NCBI GenBank assembly: GCA_963665615.2
Contig: CAXXQE010000008.1
Location: forward strand, 310,001-374,000
DNA: 64,000 bases
Reading direction: 5' to 3'
Source of the DNA: Syntrophales bacterium
Lineage (GTDB): Bacteria; Desulfobacterota; Syntrophia; Syntrophales; UBA4778
Positions 36,136-46,935 of this stretch are shown in pieces. The notes under the pieces were generated by a model. It was not told the origin of the DNA. It made no database searches and was given only the letters and a program-made list of their open reading frames with translations. Position 1 is the stretch's first letter; every line of letters starts with the position of its first letter. The translations under genes and the position numbers were made by a program.

Positions 36136-38482
36136 TCTTTCAATTGCCGTTATAAACGATAATTCTGCGGAATACTGTAAATTCCTGTTACAAAGCCTCC
36201 AACCGCAGGTTATCGATGTCGATGTTGAGGTCATTTTTTTAGACAATTGTTCTGAGGACCATTCTATCGATATCGCGCGGTATTACATCCCCAATATCCA
36301 TCTCTATCAATTTGAAGCGCCCGTCGCTCATCGGGGGATTCTATACAATAAAGGGCTTGAGCTTGCATCGCGCGATTATATATTGTTTGTTCATAGCGAT
36401 GTATCCCTTAGCGCCGATTTTCTCCTAAATGCCAGGACTATACTTGATACAGGCATATATGATTTCATCAATTTCAGGATTAAATCACCTGACCTTAACG
36501 ACTATGGTTACGACAGTATCTCTTTCAATCCCCAATCCGGCGCTTTTCTTTATAGAAAGCTATATCAATCTAATCCAGACTCCGCGTTTCGGATCGAATG
36601 CTCGGAAGCATGTTTCATTATCAAAAAGTCGTTTATCGCACTAAGCGGCTTTGATATTGAGTTTCATGACTCCTTTTTTGAGTATGCGTCCATGTTGTCG
36701 CAGCCCATAAATGTATATTTTGCGCACGACATTTCTGTTGTCCATTACTTCATTGAACAGCATTCAAAGTTATTTACTGAAGATGCGGATCGGGCGTTAC
36801 TATTTCAAAAATATCATGAGAATATTATCGGAAAACTTTTCTCTCCTAACCTCGCGGTTGCGCCTACCACTAAAACCGATGCAACATTGTCCATTGAACA
36901 ATCCATTTCTGAGTGCAGTGAACACATTGGAGAACTTAAGCGCATTGTCTCTGAGAGCGATATGCGCATTAAATATCTCCAGCACGTTGTTTCTGCACGT
37001 GACATGCAAATAAGACAATTTCAGGAACTTAAGCACATCTTGGCCGAGCGGGAAAATGTGATTAGTCAGATGTTGTCATCAAGCTCATGGCGTTTAACAA
37101 GACCGTTACGAGCAGTGAAGCTTTTTCTTCTCGACATAAGCACTAGACTGCGCCGTGTTCGAACGTTTCACCATAGGAAACGCGCAGCAGCTGATATGGC
37201 CATTTCTGATGCTCCGAAGAAGAGCGCACCGGAGAATGACTCAAAAAGCGTTGATCTTGAATTAGGGGTTGCCCGGCGCAAGGATAAAAAGTCTTCGAAG
37301 GGAGAACATCTATCATTGCGGCAGTTGCCGTTTGTTCGTAAACGTATTTTGCTCGTAAGCTATTACTGTCCGGCGCGTGCTCATGCAGGCGGACTGAGAA
37401 TGTTGGATATTTACAGACTGATAAAATTGGTTTTTCCGGATGTCCAACTCGATCTATATACCTACAAGCGCCCCGATATCGACTGGTCCTATGAAGATGT
37501 AGAAAAAATATTCAACAATCTCTTTCTCGCGCCTTCAGAGTCATTATCACGCGATGGACTCTGCCAGTTTCACCGGCTTGAAGATTTGTATGATGTTATT
37601 GATCTTCAATTCCATCAGGCTGCGTCGGACATCGATGCCTGGCGCGAAGTCGGTAAAAAAATTATTTTTACGCCGATGGAGTCCATTGTGAGGGGATTGC
37701 TGCTGTCATTGAGATTGCGCTCCAGACAGTCGCCAAAGGAGGTTCTGAAGCATATTTTCGCGGCATGGAAAGAAATCGAGTTTGCCAGAAAGGCGGATGA
37801 GGTCGTTTGCGTATCTGCCAAAGATGCGGCATCGCTTCGATGGTTTTGCAAGTCAGGTAAAGTACGTGCCTTGGAAACGGGTATTTCACAGTTCGAATTT
37901 GTAGATGCCTTCGAACAGCGAAACGATGCTATCCGCCCAGAAGGGAAGCAGCCTGTCGTTCTTTATGTCGCTTATTTTGGATCGGCAACAAACATCAATG
38001 CTCTCAAATGGTTTTTGACCCAGGTCCATCCTTTCATTCATGCAGCACACCCCGATTACAGGCTGCAGGTTGTGGGGCGGGGGGATATTTCCGCTTTTAA
38101 TGGATACGCATCTGATTATGTCGAATTGGTCGGAGAGGTTCCGAAGCTGGCACCCTATCTCCAGGCTGCCAAGGTTGGGATTGCGCCGGCTTTAAGCGGC
38201 GGAGGATTCCGAGGCAAGATCAACCAGTACGCCATATACGGCGTACCCGTCGTAGCATCCGGCATAGCGGCAGAAGGACTGGCTTATCAGGACGGGCATG
38301 ATATCTTTATTGCCGACCAAGCGCGTCAGTTTGCCGAGCGATGCATCCGGCTTCTCTGTGAAAATGATCTGAACAAAACCATGGGGCAACGGGCAAGAGA
38401 AAGGGTTTTTACGCAATATACGTGGGAATCAAGAATGGACGCCATTAAAGAGATATATCACCTAGAGGAAACTCTGCCGTGA
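36128..38482 (+). CDS. Multidomain glycosyltransferase: GT2, coiled coil, GT4
   Basis: N-terminal DNCSED..HSD; heptad region ending SSSWRLTRPLR; C-terminal GT4-like GGGFRGKINQY..GVPVV. Confidence 0.8.
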   Translation: MPSLSIAVINDNSAEYCKFLLQSLQPQVIDVDVEVIFLDNCSEDHSIDIARYYIPNIHLYQFEAPVAHRGILYNKGLELASRDYILFVHSDVSLSADFLLNARTILDTGIYDFINFRIKSPDLNDYGYDSISFNPQSGAFLYRKLYQSNPDSAFRIECSEACFIIKKSFIALSGFDIEFHDSFFEYASMLSQPINVYFAHDISVVHYFIEQHSKLFTEDADRALLFQKYHENIIGKLFSPNLAVAPTTKTDATLSIEQSISECSEHIGELKRIVSESDMRIKYLQHVVSARDMQIRQFQELKHILAERENVISQMLSSSSWRLTRPLRAVKLFLLDISTRLRRVRTFHHRKRAAADMAISDAPKKSAPENDSKSVDLELGVARRKDKKSSKGEHLSLRQLPFVRKRILLVSYYCPARAHAGGLRMLDIYRLIKLVFPDVQLDLYTYKRPDIDWSYEDVEKIFNNLFLAPSESLSRDGLCQFHRLEDLYDVIDLQFHQAASDIDAWREVGKKIIFTPMESIVRGLLLSLRLRSRQSPKEVLKHIFAAWKEIEFARKADEVVCVSAKDAASLRWFCKSGKVRALETGISQFEFVDAFEQRNDAIRPEGKQPVVLYVAYFGSATNINALKWFLTQVHPFIHAAHPDYRLQVVGRGDISAFNGYASDYVELVGEVPKLAPYLQAAKVGIAPALSGGGFRGKINQYAIYGVPVVASGIAAEGLAYQDGHDIFIADQARQFAERCIRLLCENDLNKTMGQRARERVFTQYTWESRMDAIKEIYHLEETLP

Positions 38483-39465
38483 TCACCCAGCCCAAGGTTA
38501 CTGTATTGGTGCCGTCATTCAACCACGGTTTTTATTTAAAACAACGAATCGAGTCGATTCTCACTCAGACATACAGGTGTTTCGATCTGATCGTCATTGA
38601 CGATGCTTCCTCTGATGATTCGCCTGAAATTATAAAAGGGCTACTCAGCAATTATGATTTCAAATACATCGCGAACAGAAGCAATTCCGGTACGCCCTTT
38701 GCCGCCTGGGAGCAGCTTCTTCAGTTTGCAACAGGCGATTATATCTGGATATGCGAAAGCGATGATTATGCGGATCCGCATTTCCTGGAACGAGCCGTTG
38801 CGGCCATTACGAGCGCGTCTTGTGCGGTCATGGCCTACTGTGATTCATGGATTGTTGATGAGCATGGCTGCCGAATCGATCATACCGACACCTACTTTCA
38901 TGAAATATGGCGCGAATCACGGTGGGATCAATCCTTTATCCAAGATGGCGCAGCGGAACTCCACCATTTTCAGATTCGTGGACAGACGGTGCCCAACATG
39001 AGCTCCATGCTGATCGATGCAACGGCGTTCAGAAAGGCCTTCACGCCCTTCTTAAAAAGATTGAAACTGACGGGCGATTGGCTTTTTGTAGGCCTGTTGA
39101 TGCAATGTGGTCAGGTCGTGTACTTTAAAGAGCCTCTGAATTACTTTCGCAGACATGAGAGCACCGCGCGAGCCCGTGTCCAGTCTGCGCGTTCGCAGGC
39201 TGAATTCATCCTGACGAAGCACATTCTGTTTCTGAAAACAAAACGGCCTCTCCATGAATACGCCAAAGTCATGAGTTCGGACGCAGTCCGCTTTTTATAT
39301 GAGCCGGCTGGTTTGAGAGAGATTGTTGCAGCCATGCTGAGGATTTCGTTTCGTCATTCGCTGAGCGCAGCGCTGTATCTTGCGGCGTCCCTGCTTATTA
39401 ATCGAGGATACTTTAAAAAATTTTACAGTCGCTTGCATCTGCTAAGAGGAGAGACCTGTCAGTGA
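38479..39465 (+). CDS. GT2 glycosyltransferase
   Basis: VPSFNH, IDDASSD, WICESDD, GDW. Confidence 0.88.
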   Translation: MITQPKVTVLVPSFNHGFYLKQRIESILTQTYRCFDLIVIDDASSDDSPEIIKGLLSNYDFKYIANRSNSGTPFAAWEQLLQFATGDYIWICESDDYADPHFLERAVAAITSASCAVMAYCDSWIVDEHGCRIDHTDTYFHEIWRESRWDQSFIQDGAAELHHFQIRGQTVPNMSSMLIDATAFRKAFTPFLKRLKLTGDWLFVGLLMQCGQVVYFKEPLNYFRRHESTARARVQSARSQAEFILTKHILFLKTKRPLHEYAKVMSSDAVRFLYEPAGLREIVAAMLRISFRHSLSAALYLAASLLINRGYFKKFYSRLHLLRGETCQ

Positions 39466-40412
39466 GCATGCTAGAAATTGATCGAGAGGCTAGGATCTTA
39501 ATTACCGGAGGAACAGGTCTGGTTGGTCGCGCGCTTTCCAAAGTGCTCTCAGAAAAAGGATTCGTCAATGTAACGGCCGTAGGAAGCAAAGCCTGTGACC
39601 TGCGCGATGGAGAATCTGTAAGAGGGTTATTCGCCCATCTCCGGCCTCAATATCTCTTCCATCTGGCAGCCCGAGTTTACGGCATCGGTGGCAATCAGAA
39701 ATACAAGGCTGACATCCTCTTTGACAACGTCATGATTAACACTAATGTCCTTGAGCAAGCCCGTAAAGCGAAGGTTAAAAAAATTGTTGCCATGGGATCG
39801 GGATGTGTTTATCCAGAAATGCCGGGGCAGCATGAACTCTTAGAAAATGAAATCTGGCTTGGACCGCCTCATGTCTCAGAGGACTCCTATGCCCATTCCA
39901 AGCGCCTGATGCTGGCCCAGTTACAGGCCATGAAGGAGCAGGATGGCATGTCATCGGCCTTTGCAATTAGCGGCAATCTCTATGGGCCGTATGACAATTT
40001 CGATGAGCTCAATGGTCACGTCACGCCCTCCTTGGTTGCCAAGTTTTTTGAAGCTTCTCAGACGGGTAAGCCGGTGACTATATGGGGGACAGGTATTGCG
40101 GTCAGAGATTTCACATACAGTGAAGACGCGGCGGCAGCGTTATACGAAATTCTCGTGAACTTAGAGGGGCCAGTCAACCTTGGCAGCGGATACAGGCATC
40201 CTATCAGGGACATTGTGAATGCACTTCAAGAGGCCTGTGGTGGGGCCGTGAGAGTTGAGTGGGACACCAGTAAACCGGATGGACAATTGGAGCGCTATTA
40301 TAATCTCGGCAAACTCGGATCAACGGGATTTTATGCGAAGATCCCCCTGGCGGAAGGGATTCGACGCACGTATGAGTGGTATGCAGAACACGTTGAACAG
40401 GCTAGAAAATAG
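39462..40412 (+). CDS. GDP-L-fucose synthase-like epimerase/reductase
   Basis: TGGTGLVG, HLAARVYGI, SGCVYP, YAHSK, NLYGPYDNF, WGTG..RDF. Confidence 0.85.
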   Translation: MSMLEIDREARILITGGTGLVGRALSKVLSEKGFVNVTAVGSKACDLRDGESVRGLFAHLRPQYLFHLAARVYGIGGNQKYKADILFDNVMINTNVLEQARKAKVKKIVAMGSGCVYPEMPGQHELLENEIWLGPPHVSEDSYAHSKRLMLAQLQAMKEQDGMSSAFAISGNLYGPYDNFDELNGHVTPSLVAKFFEASQTGKPVTIWGTGIAVRDFTYSEDAAAALYEILVNLEGPVNLGSGYRHPIRDIVNALQEACGGAVRVEWDTSKPDGQLERYYNLGKLGSTGFYAKIPLAEGIRRTYEWYAEHVEQARK

Positions 40413-40430
40413 CGACGCGGGGACAGCTTT

Positions 40431-41333
40431 GTGTTGATGACGTTTCTTAACAGGATAAAGAGAAAAGTCCTGCCGGGAGTTGTTCCCTCTTTGCCAATTC
40501 ACCGCCTGCGTGACTTCGAAGATTACTTGGCGTACCAGCAACATGAAAAGGACTCTTTGGCAGAACACTGGGCCGTTTTGCAGAAAATCACACCAGCTGA
40601 TCAGTCATCTTTCCCTTTTGACGGCTATTCTTATACAGCACGAAAACAGGTTTCTTTCCTAGTTGATTTTCAGCACTCCGGGGAGTCTGGTAAGGTGATT
40701 TGGAGGGAACGGGTGTGTTGTCCCGTAACGGGGTTCAATAATCGAATGCGCGCGACCATCCATTTTTTTGATTTGGAGATGGATTGCCGCAAGAACAGCG
40801 CAATATACATAACCGAGCAAATAACGCCAATTTATCAGTACTTTTCCAGGCACTACTCAAACGTAACGGGCAGTGAATTTTTGGGGGAGGAAGTCCCCTA
40901 TGGTCAGTTGAATAGAGATGGAATAAGAAATGAGACATTATGTTGTTTGAAATTTGACGACGAGATTTTTGATATTGTTATCTCTCTGGATGTCTTGGAG
41001 CATGTTCCTGACTATAAAATTGCCTTTTCTGAATGTGGCCGTATCCTCAAAAAGGGCGGGCGCTTATTATGGTCAGTTCCTTTTTCACCAGACACACTGC
41101 GTAATATTGTCTGTGCAGAAGTCATAAACGGCAAAATTCACCATCACCAGCCACCTCAATATCATGGTGATCCTTTATCTAATGAAGGGATTTTGTGCTT
41201 CACGATTTTTGGGTGGGAAATGCTGGAGCAGTTTCGCGAAGCGGGTTTTTCCGATGCCTATGCAATAGCATACCACTCGCTCGAATTTGGTTATCTCGGA
41301 GGTACGCAATTCCTCTTTGTTGCGAAGAAATAG
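40431..41333 (+). CDS. Class I SAM-dependent methyltransferase-like protein
   Basis: FDIVISLDVLEHVPD, RILKKGG, YHGDP. Confidence 0.75.
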   Translation: MLMTFLNRIKRKVLPGVVPSLPIHRLRDFEDYLAYQQHEKDSLAEHWAVLQKITPADQSSFPFDGYSYTARKQVSFLVDFQHSGESGKVIWRERVCCPVTGFNNRMRATIHFFDLEMDCRKNSAIYITEQITPIYQYFSRHYSNVTGSEFLGEEVPYGQLNRDGIRNETLCCLKFDDEIFDIVISLDVLEHVPDYKIAFSECGRILKKGGRLLWSVPFSPDTLRNIVCAEVINGKIHHHQPPQYHGDPLSNEGILCFTIFGWEMLEQFREAGFSDAYAIAYHSLEFGYLGGTQFLFVAKK

Positions 41334-41400
41334 CCATAACCGCTTCAAATAGAATATACGTGGCCCTACGCCGCATCGTACAGACAAGGAGAGCTTTTTT

Positions 41401-42453
41401 ATGAAGAAGATTTTGATTACGGGGTCGTCAGGTCTTATCGGTTCCGAAGTTACTAGCTACTTTCATTATTTGGGATTTTATGTGCATGGCATCGACAATA
41501 ACCAACGCGCAATCTTCTTCGGTCCTGAAGGTGATACACGCTGGCGACAGAAGCACCTGTCGGAATCCCTACATAATTTTGAACACCACGAAATAGACAT
41601 TCGCGATCGACAAGGGATTGGTGAGTTAGTAAGGCTCGTCAAGCCAGACGGCATTGTTCACACTGCCGCGCAACCTTCCCATGACAGGGCCGCAGCAATT
41701 CCATTTGACGATTTTGACACAAATGCCGTTGGTACGCTTAATTTACTGGAGGCGGCACGCCGGTTTTGTCCGGACGCGCCGTTCATTAATATGTCCACTA
41801 ACAAGGTTTATGGCGATAAACCCAATTCGATTCCTCTTAAGGAGCTTGACACACGCTGGGATTACGCCGACCCCGCCTATGAAAACGGCATTCCTGAAAG
41901 TTTTTCTATCGATCAGTCCAAGCACTCCCTGTTTGGCGCATCCAAGGTTGCGGCCGACGTGATGGTGCAGGAATATGGACGTTATTTTGACATGCCTACT
42001 TGCTGCTTGCGCGGCGGCTGTCTGACCGGACCGAATCATTCGGGTGTCGAGCTTCATGGCTTCCTCAGCTATTTGGTTAAATGCAATCTTGAGGAACGCG
42101 AATATAAAATTTTCGGCTACAAAGGCAAGCAGGTGCGGGACAATATACATTCAGAAGATGTGGCAAGATTCATTCATGCTTTTTATAAGGCGCCCCGCTG
42201 CGGAGAGGTATACAATGTGGGAGGCGGAAAAGAGAATTCCTGTTCCATTTTAGAGGCGTTTGCGATTACGGAAGGGATAACAGGCAAAAGGCAAACGTAT
42301 CAGTATGTCGAGGAAAACCGGATCGGTGATCATATCTGTTATTACAGCGACCTTTCTAAAATGAAGGCGCACTATCCCGGATGGGGCATCACTAAATCAC
42401 TAAAACAAACGATCTCCGAAATTGTCGAGTCGTGGCGCAACAGAATGTCATAG
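41401..42453 (+). CDS. NAD-dependent epimerase (CDP-paratose 2-epimerase-like)
   Basis: [28 protein letters not shown]; catalytic YxxxK appears as FGASK. Confidence 0.8.
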   Translation: MKKILITGSSGLIGSEVTSYFHYLGFYVHGIDNNQRAIFFGPEGDTRWRQKHLSESLHNFEHHEIDIRDRQGIGELVRLVKPDGIVHTAAQPSHDRAAAIPFDDFDTNAVGTLNLLEAARRFCPDAPFINMSTNKVYGDKPNSIPLKELDTRWDYADPAYENGIPESFSIDQSKHSLFGASKVAADVMVQEYGRYFDMPTCCLRGGCLTGPNHSGVELHGFLSYLVKCNLEEREYKIFGYKGKQVRDNIHSEDVARFIHAFYKAPRCGEVYNVGGGKENSCSILEAFAITEGITGKRQTYQYVEENRIGDHICYYSDLSKMKAHYPGWGITKSLKQTISEIVESWRNRMS

Positions 42454-42465
42454 AGCCGTCCCGTC

Positions 42466-42882
42466 ATGCATCTGAACAAACGACTCAAAAGATTTATCAT
42501 TATCGGTTCCAGCGCAGCGGCCGTCAATTTTCTCGCGATGATTCTTTTTGTCGAGGTATTTGCGTTTAACACTTATGTGCTAAAGAATCTCGCCAACTGT
42601 GTCTCCATAGAGATAAGCGTTTTATATAATTTTCTGTGCTGTCGCACCTGGACGTGGAGTGATGCGCCAAAAAGGCAGGGCGTTGGTCTTTTAGCCCAGT
42701 TTGCTTTTTTCAATCTGGCCGCTTTAGGCAGCATTCTGATCCGGGTAATCATTTTCGCAATTCTCGACAAGGCGGGCGTGCATTATTTGTTGAACGTCTT
42801 CATAGGTATCGTGGTAACGGCGATCATGAATTTCTTCCTATACGATAAACTGATTTTTAGAAGAGAAGACGAGTCACAGTGA
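42466..42882 (+). CDS. GtrA family lipid-linked sugar flippase
   Basis: RFIIIG, four TMs, NF..RTWTW, NFFLYDKLIF. Confidence 0.85.
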   Translation: MHLNKRLKRFIIIGSSAAAVNFLAMILFVEVFAFNTYVLKNLANCVSIEISVLYNFLCCRTWTWSDAPKRQGVGLLAQFAFFNLAALGSILIRVIIFAILDKAGVHYLLNVFIGIVVTAIMNFFLYDKLIFRREDESQ

Positions 42883-42914
42883 AAGCTTTTTCACTCAGAG
42901 ACTGAGATATCGCA

Positions 42915-43982
42915 ATGAAACTATTAATCACAGGAATCTGCGGTTTTGTCGGCAGCACAATTGCCCGCGCGTGGGTTGAATCCTCCTCCGATGCGATTAT
43001 CTATGGCCTGGATAATCTGACTCGATTCGGAAGTGAACAAAATAGAAATGATCTGAAAAGGATTGGCATCAAACTCTATCATGGCGACATTCGTCTTGCC
43101 TCAGATTTTGAAACGCTGCCTCAGGTCGATTGGGTGATTGATTGTGCGGCGAATCCGAGTGTCCTGGCAGGTATTGACGAGACAACGAGCAGCCGTCAAT
43201 TAATCGAGCATAATCTATTTGGCACGGTAAACATCCTCGAATATTGCAAGCGGCACAAGGCGGGATTTATGATGCTGAGTACAAGTCGTGTCTATTCCAT
43301 CACCGCCTTGGCGTCCTTGTCGGTTGAACCGGTTAATCTGGCTTTTCGACTATGTGAGCAGCAGAGCTTGCCGAAGGGAATAAGTCCTGCGGGTGTCAGT
43401 GAGGAATTTAGCACGGATGCACCCATTTCCCTTTACGGAAGCACAAAGCTAGCCTCAGAAGTCATGGCATTAGAGTATGCAGAGACCTTCATGTTCCCCG
43501 TCTGGATCAATCGCTGCGGTGTTCTGGCAGGTGCAGGTCAGTTTGGGAAAGCAGATCAGGGGATATTTTCCTATTGGATTAACGCCTACCGACGTCGCCG
43601 ACCATTAAAATACATAGGTTTTGGCGGACAGGGTTATCAGGTGCGCGATTGCCTGCATCCGCGAGATCTCATCCCGCTGCTTCAGAGGCAAATGTCGAGC
43701 GATCACACATCAGAAAAACGTGTAATGAATATTGGCGGTGGACAAAGTCATGCCATCTCTCTCGCGCAACTAAGCAGCTGGTGTGCTGAGCGCTTTGGGA
43801 CGCATTCGGTGTCGAGTCAGTCGGCATTACGTCAATTTGATATCCCATGGATGATCATGGATAGCGGCCTAGCAAGGCAACGGTGGGGTTGGGTGCCTCA
43901 GACGTCTCTATGCGAAATTCTCGAGGAAATTGCTAACCACGCCGAAGCTCATCCCAACTGGCTTGATATTTCCGGAGCATAA
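42915..43982 (+). CDS. Second NAD-dependent epimerase (CDP-paratose 2-epimerase-like)
   Basis: TGICGFVG, AANPSV, STSRVY, YGSTK, QFGKADQG, QVRD. Confidence 0.8.
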   Translation: MKLLITGICGFVGSTIARAWVESSSDAIIYGLDNLTRFGSEQNRNDLKRIGIKLYHGDIRLASDFETLPQVDWVIDCAANPSVLAGIDETTSSRQLIEHNLFGTVNILEYCKRHKAGFMMLSTSRVYSITALASLSVEPVNLAFRLCEQQSLPKGISPAGVSEEFSTDAPISLYGSTKLASEVMALEYAETFMFPVWINRCGVLAGAGQFGKADQGIFSYWINAYRRRRPLKYIGFGGQGYQVRDCLHPRDLIPLLQRQMSSDHTSEKRVMNIGGGQSHAISLAQLSSWCAERFGTHSVSSQSALRQFDIPWMIMDSGLARQRWGWVPQTSLCEILEEIANHAEAHPNWLDISGA

Positions 43983-43984
43983 TC

Positions 43985-44734
43985 ATGTCTGACAATTCTC
44001 TCCAGATTCTTTCTGTCATTATACCTGCCCGAGATGAAGAGGGCTGCGTATGTTCTACGGTACAGCACTTAAATCTTGAATTAAGGCTTCACAACGTACC
44101 ACACGAAATCATCGTTGTGGATGACGGCAGCAGTGATTCAACGTGGACGCTGCTACAAAATCTTCAGAAAACGGTACACGAATTAAAAGCTATACAAAAC
44201 AATGGGCTGCATGGATTCGGACGGGCGATTATTTGCGGTCTGGATAAAATGGCCGGGGATGCGGCGGTTATCATGATGGCAGACGAGTCGGATGATTGTC
44301 GGGATGTTGTACGTTACTGGCAAGAACTGAATTCAGGATACGACTGTGTTTTTGGCAGTCGATTCATTAAAGGCGGAGGTACCATTGACTATCCTCTGTT
44401 GAAGTACGTTATGAATCGTCTTGCCAATTCTTTTCTCAAAATATTATTCGGTCATCGTCTTAATGATACAACCAATGCATTTAAGGCATATCGCCGCGAA
44501 GTCATCGACGGTTGTCGTCCACTTATCGCACCGCATTTTAACCTGACTGTGGAATTGCCGCTCAAAGCGATCGTTCGGGGCTTTACTTGGACCGTCATAC
44601 CGATCACCTGGCGAAATCGTCGGAGTGGGGTTGCGAAGCTGAAAATCAAGGAAATGGGAAGCCGATACCTGTTCATTTGTCTATATATTTGGCTCGAAAA
44701 ATATCTCTCACGCGGCGATTATCGGAAGCGTTAA
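43985..44734 (+). CDS. GT2 polyprenol-phosphate glycosyltransferase (DPM1-like)
   Basis: IIPARDEE, VDDGSSD, GFGRA, MADESD, GSRF, DTTNAFKAYR. Confidence 0.85.
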   Translation: MSDNSLQILSVIIPARDEEGCVCSTVQHLNLELRLHNVPHEIIVVDDGSSDSTWTLLQNLQKTVHELKAIQNNGLHGFGRAIICGLDKMAGDAAVIMMADESDDCRDVVRYWQELNSGYDCVFGSRFIKGGGTIDYPLLKYVMNRLANSFLKILFGHRLNDTTNAFKAYRREVIDGCRPLIAPHFNLTVELPLKAIVRGFTWTVIPITWRNRRSGVAKLKIKEMGSRYLFICLYIWLEKYLSRGDYRKR

Positions 44735-44772
44735 TTTCTCTGATTAAGGCGCCCGTGAATAGGATCACATTA

Positions 44773-46863
44773 ATGCGTTTGTTATCTACAAGATATATTG
44801 CCGGACTGTCATTTATTCTTGCCATAACGTTCATTGTGCTAGCGATTATTGGGGCCATAAGAACCTTTTCTCCCGTTCCGTTTTGGGATATGTGGGATGG
44901 CTATCTCTTGTTTTATACCCGCCTGATGGATGGGGATTATTCTGCCTGGTGGACCCAGCATGTTGACCACAGAATCATTTTTTCAAATGTCTTCTTCTGG
45001 ATCGATCTCAAGTTCTTCAACGGCGGGTTAAAATCGCTGATTGCGGAAAATTATATTATGTTGGCACTTATTGTCCTCTGCTTCATTTTGACTGCCCGGC
45101 GTCTGTTCAGAAATGTCAACGATCAATGCCTCATAGGATGTGTGCTCGCCTCTATTTGCGCAATCTTATTTTCATGGATTCAACGGGAAAATCTGACGTT
45201 GGCATTTCAAGGGCAGATGTTTGCCGCCATCCTGTTTCCTCTCGCGTCTTTTCTGACACTATATTTTTCCATAGAATCAGAGCGTCACTCATTAACGCTC
45301 TTTTCTGTAAGCTGCATGCTTGGGATTACATCGGCATGCACAATGGGGAATGGCTTGATCGCTTTGCCGATCCTTACCTTGATGGCCATACACTACAGGC
45401 TAGGTTTAAGAAAAATTGTCGCATTGTTCTCACTTTCTGTGATCGTTGCGGCTGTGTACCTATCTGCCTATAAGGCGCCTGTGGGACAAGGTAATTTCCT
45501 GAACACCCTTTTCAATAATCCGCTAGGCATGCTTCTGTATATCTTCACTTATCTTGGCGCACCTGTTCATTACATAGCACATGTAAGTAGCCCCACCCCA
45601 TCAATGATCGTCGGCCTTGTTATCACTGCGCTTGCATCTTTATTTTCCCTATACGTTCTACAAAGGAAGATGGAAACGCCAAGAATTGTCATGGTTTTGC
45701 TCGCCGTCATGATCTATGTGGGAGCGACGAGCTTTCTCACTGCGGGAGGCAGACTCATCCATGGAATCGACCAGGCGTTATCGAGCCGCTATATGACCAC
45801 TGTCTTGGCCGGTTGGTGCGCAGCTGGATTGGTTTTTGTGTGGTGGATTATCAAGCGGTTTCCCCAATCGGGTGTTTCTGTGTGCTGCTGCGTGCTTTTA
45901 GTTCCCCTAGCACTGTTGCCTTATCAATTCCATGCTCTTGATAACGCTGACGACGTCAGGTTCAATAAAATGCTTGCAGCCTTGGCGTTGGAACTCAAGA
46001 TTCGTGACGAGAAGCAGATCGGCTATGTATTTCCATGGCTGGATATCGGATTCGTTTTGGCAGAGAAACCGATAGACCGGAAATTGTCCATTTTTTCCCA
46101 TCCCGCGATTATTGGAGCGCATGAGCAAATCGGCCATCATCGCGATAAAACCATATCGTCGAATTACGCGGCCCAACTAGACAGTAATTGCTCTATTAAT
46201 GGTGACAACAGATATGTGAAAGTGACGGGAGGGTTTTTTGATAAAACCGGAGGAGCCATTCCCAAGTCTATTGAAATCCTCAATAATGAAGGAAACGTCA
46301 TTGGTTACGCACTCACTTTAAACGTCATCGATCATCTTCATCATGACTCGCTTAATAATTTGAACCGTTTTACTGGTTATATTTTATCTCACGCTGCGAC
46401 CGCTACGCTCACATTTTGCAGTCGATATGATCAGGCCTGCACAGATGTTGACGTATCCCAGCCGTTCAGCTTTGGGAATGCCGAGTTTCGACCCGAATCG
46501 ATTTCTGCCGATCGGGGTGATGTCGTTGCGTCGTCTAAATGGAACGGAAGAGATTTTCAACGGACCAGCAAGGAAGGTATGATTGTTGTGGGTAGTTATA
46601 ACGGGTCTGATGCAAATACAGGAGAAATTTCTTTGATGCTCAGAAGAGGAGATTCGCTGTTTTTCCGCTCAGGCCCAACTGCCGGCAGGCAAATGCTCAT
46701 GATTAATACGGGCAAGAATACACACAAGTATATTTTGCCGATGGCCATTGACTGGCGAGTCATCACATTTCGAAATAAATCCTTGCCGGATGCATTTATG
46801 ATTACGTTGAGTGATGAAGGAAGCAACTGGGGTGAATGGTCTGCCATAGCGATTAGACAGTAA
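44773..46863 (+). CDS. Multi-pass membrane protein, probable GT-C glycosyltransferase with periplasmic C-terminal domains
   Basis: VPFWDMWD, QHVDHRI, SSRY; about 11 TMs; ATG 44773 with AGGA upstream. Confidence 0.6.
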   Translation: MRLLSTRYIAGLSFILAITFIVLAIIGAIRTFSPVPFWDMWDGYLLFYTRLMDGDYSAWWTQHVDHRIIFSNVFFWIDLKFFNGGLKSLIAENYIMLALIVLCFILTARRLFRNVNDQCLIGCVLASICAILFSWIQRENLTLAFQGQMFAAILFPLASFLTLYFSIESERHSLTLFSVSCMLGITSACTMGNGLIALPILTLMAIHYRLGLRKIVALFSLSVIVAAVYLSAYKAPVGQGNFLNTLFNNPLGMLLYIFTYLGAPVHYIAHVSSPTPSMIVGLVITALASLFSLYVLQRKMETPRIVMVLLAVMIYVGATSFLTAGGRLIHGIDQALSSRYMTTVLAGWCAAGLVFVWWIIKRFPQSGVSVCCCVLLVPLALLPYQFHALDNADDVRFNKMLAALALELKIRDEKQIGYVFPWLDIGFVLAEKPIDRKLSIFSHPAIIGAHEQIGHHRDKTISSNYAAQLDSNCSINGDNRYVKVTGGFFDKTGGAIPKSIEILNNEGNVIGYALTLNVIDHLHHDSLNNLNRFTGYILSHAATATLTFCSRYDQACTDVDVSQPFSFGNAEFRPESISADRGDVVASSKWNGRDFQRTSKEGMIVVGSYNGSDANTGEISLMLRRGDSLFFRSGPTAGRQMLMINTGKNTHKYILPMAIDWRVITFRNKSLPDAFMITLSDEGSNWGEWSAIAIRQ

Positions 46864-46935
46864 GGCAATGATCATGGATTAGTGATAACGATTATGGAAT
46901 CGAGTCATAGACCAACAGAGGGTGTATCGGAAAAT

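Noticed and set aside
44587..44772. N-terminal 62 aa of the 758-aa ORF overlapping the GT2 gene
   Set aside because: The long overlap is implausible; ATG 44773 has an RBS and starts at the first TM region.
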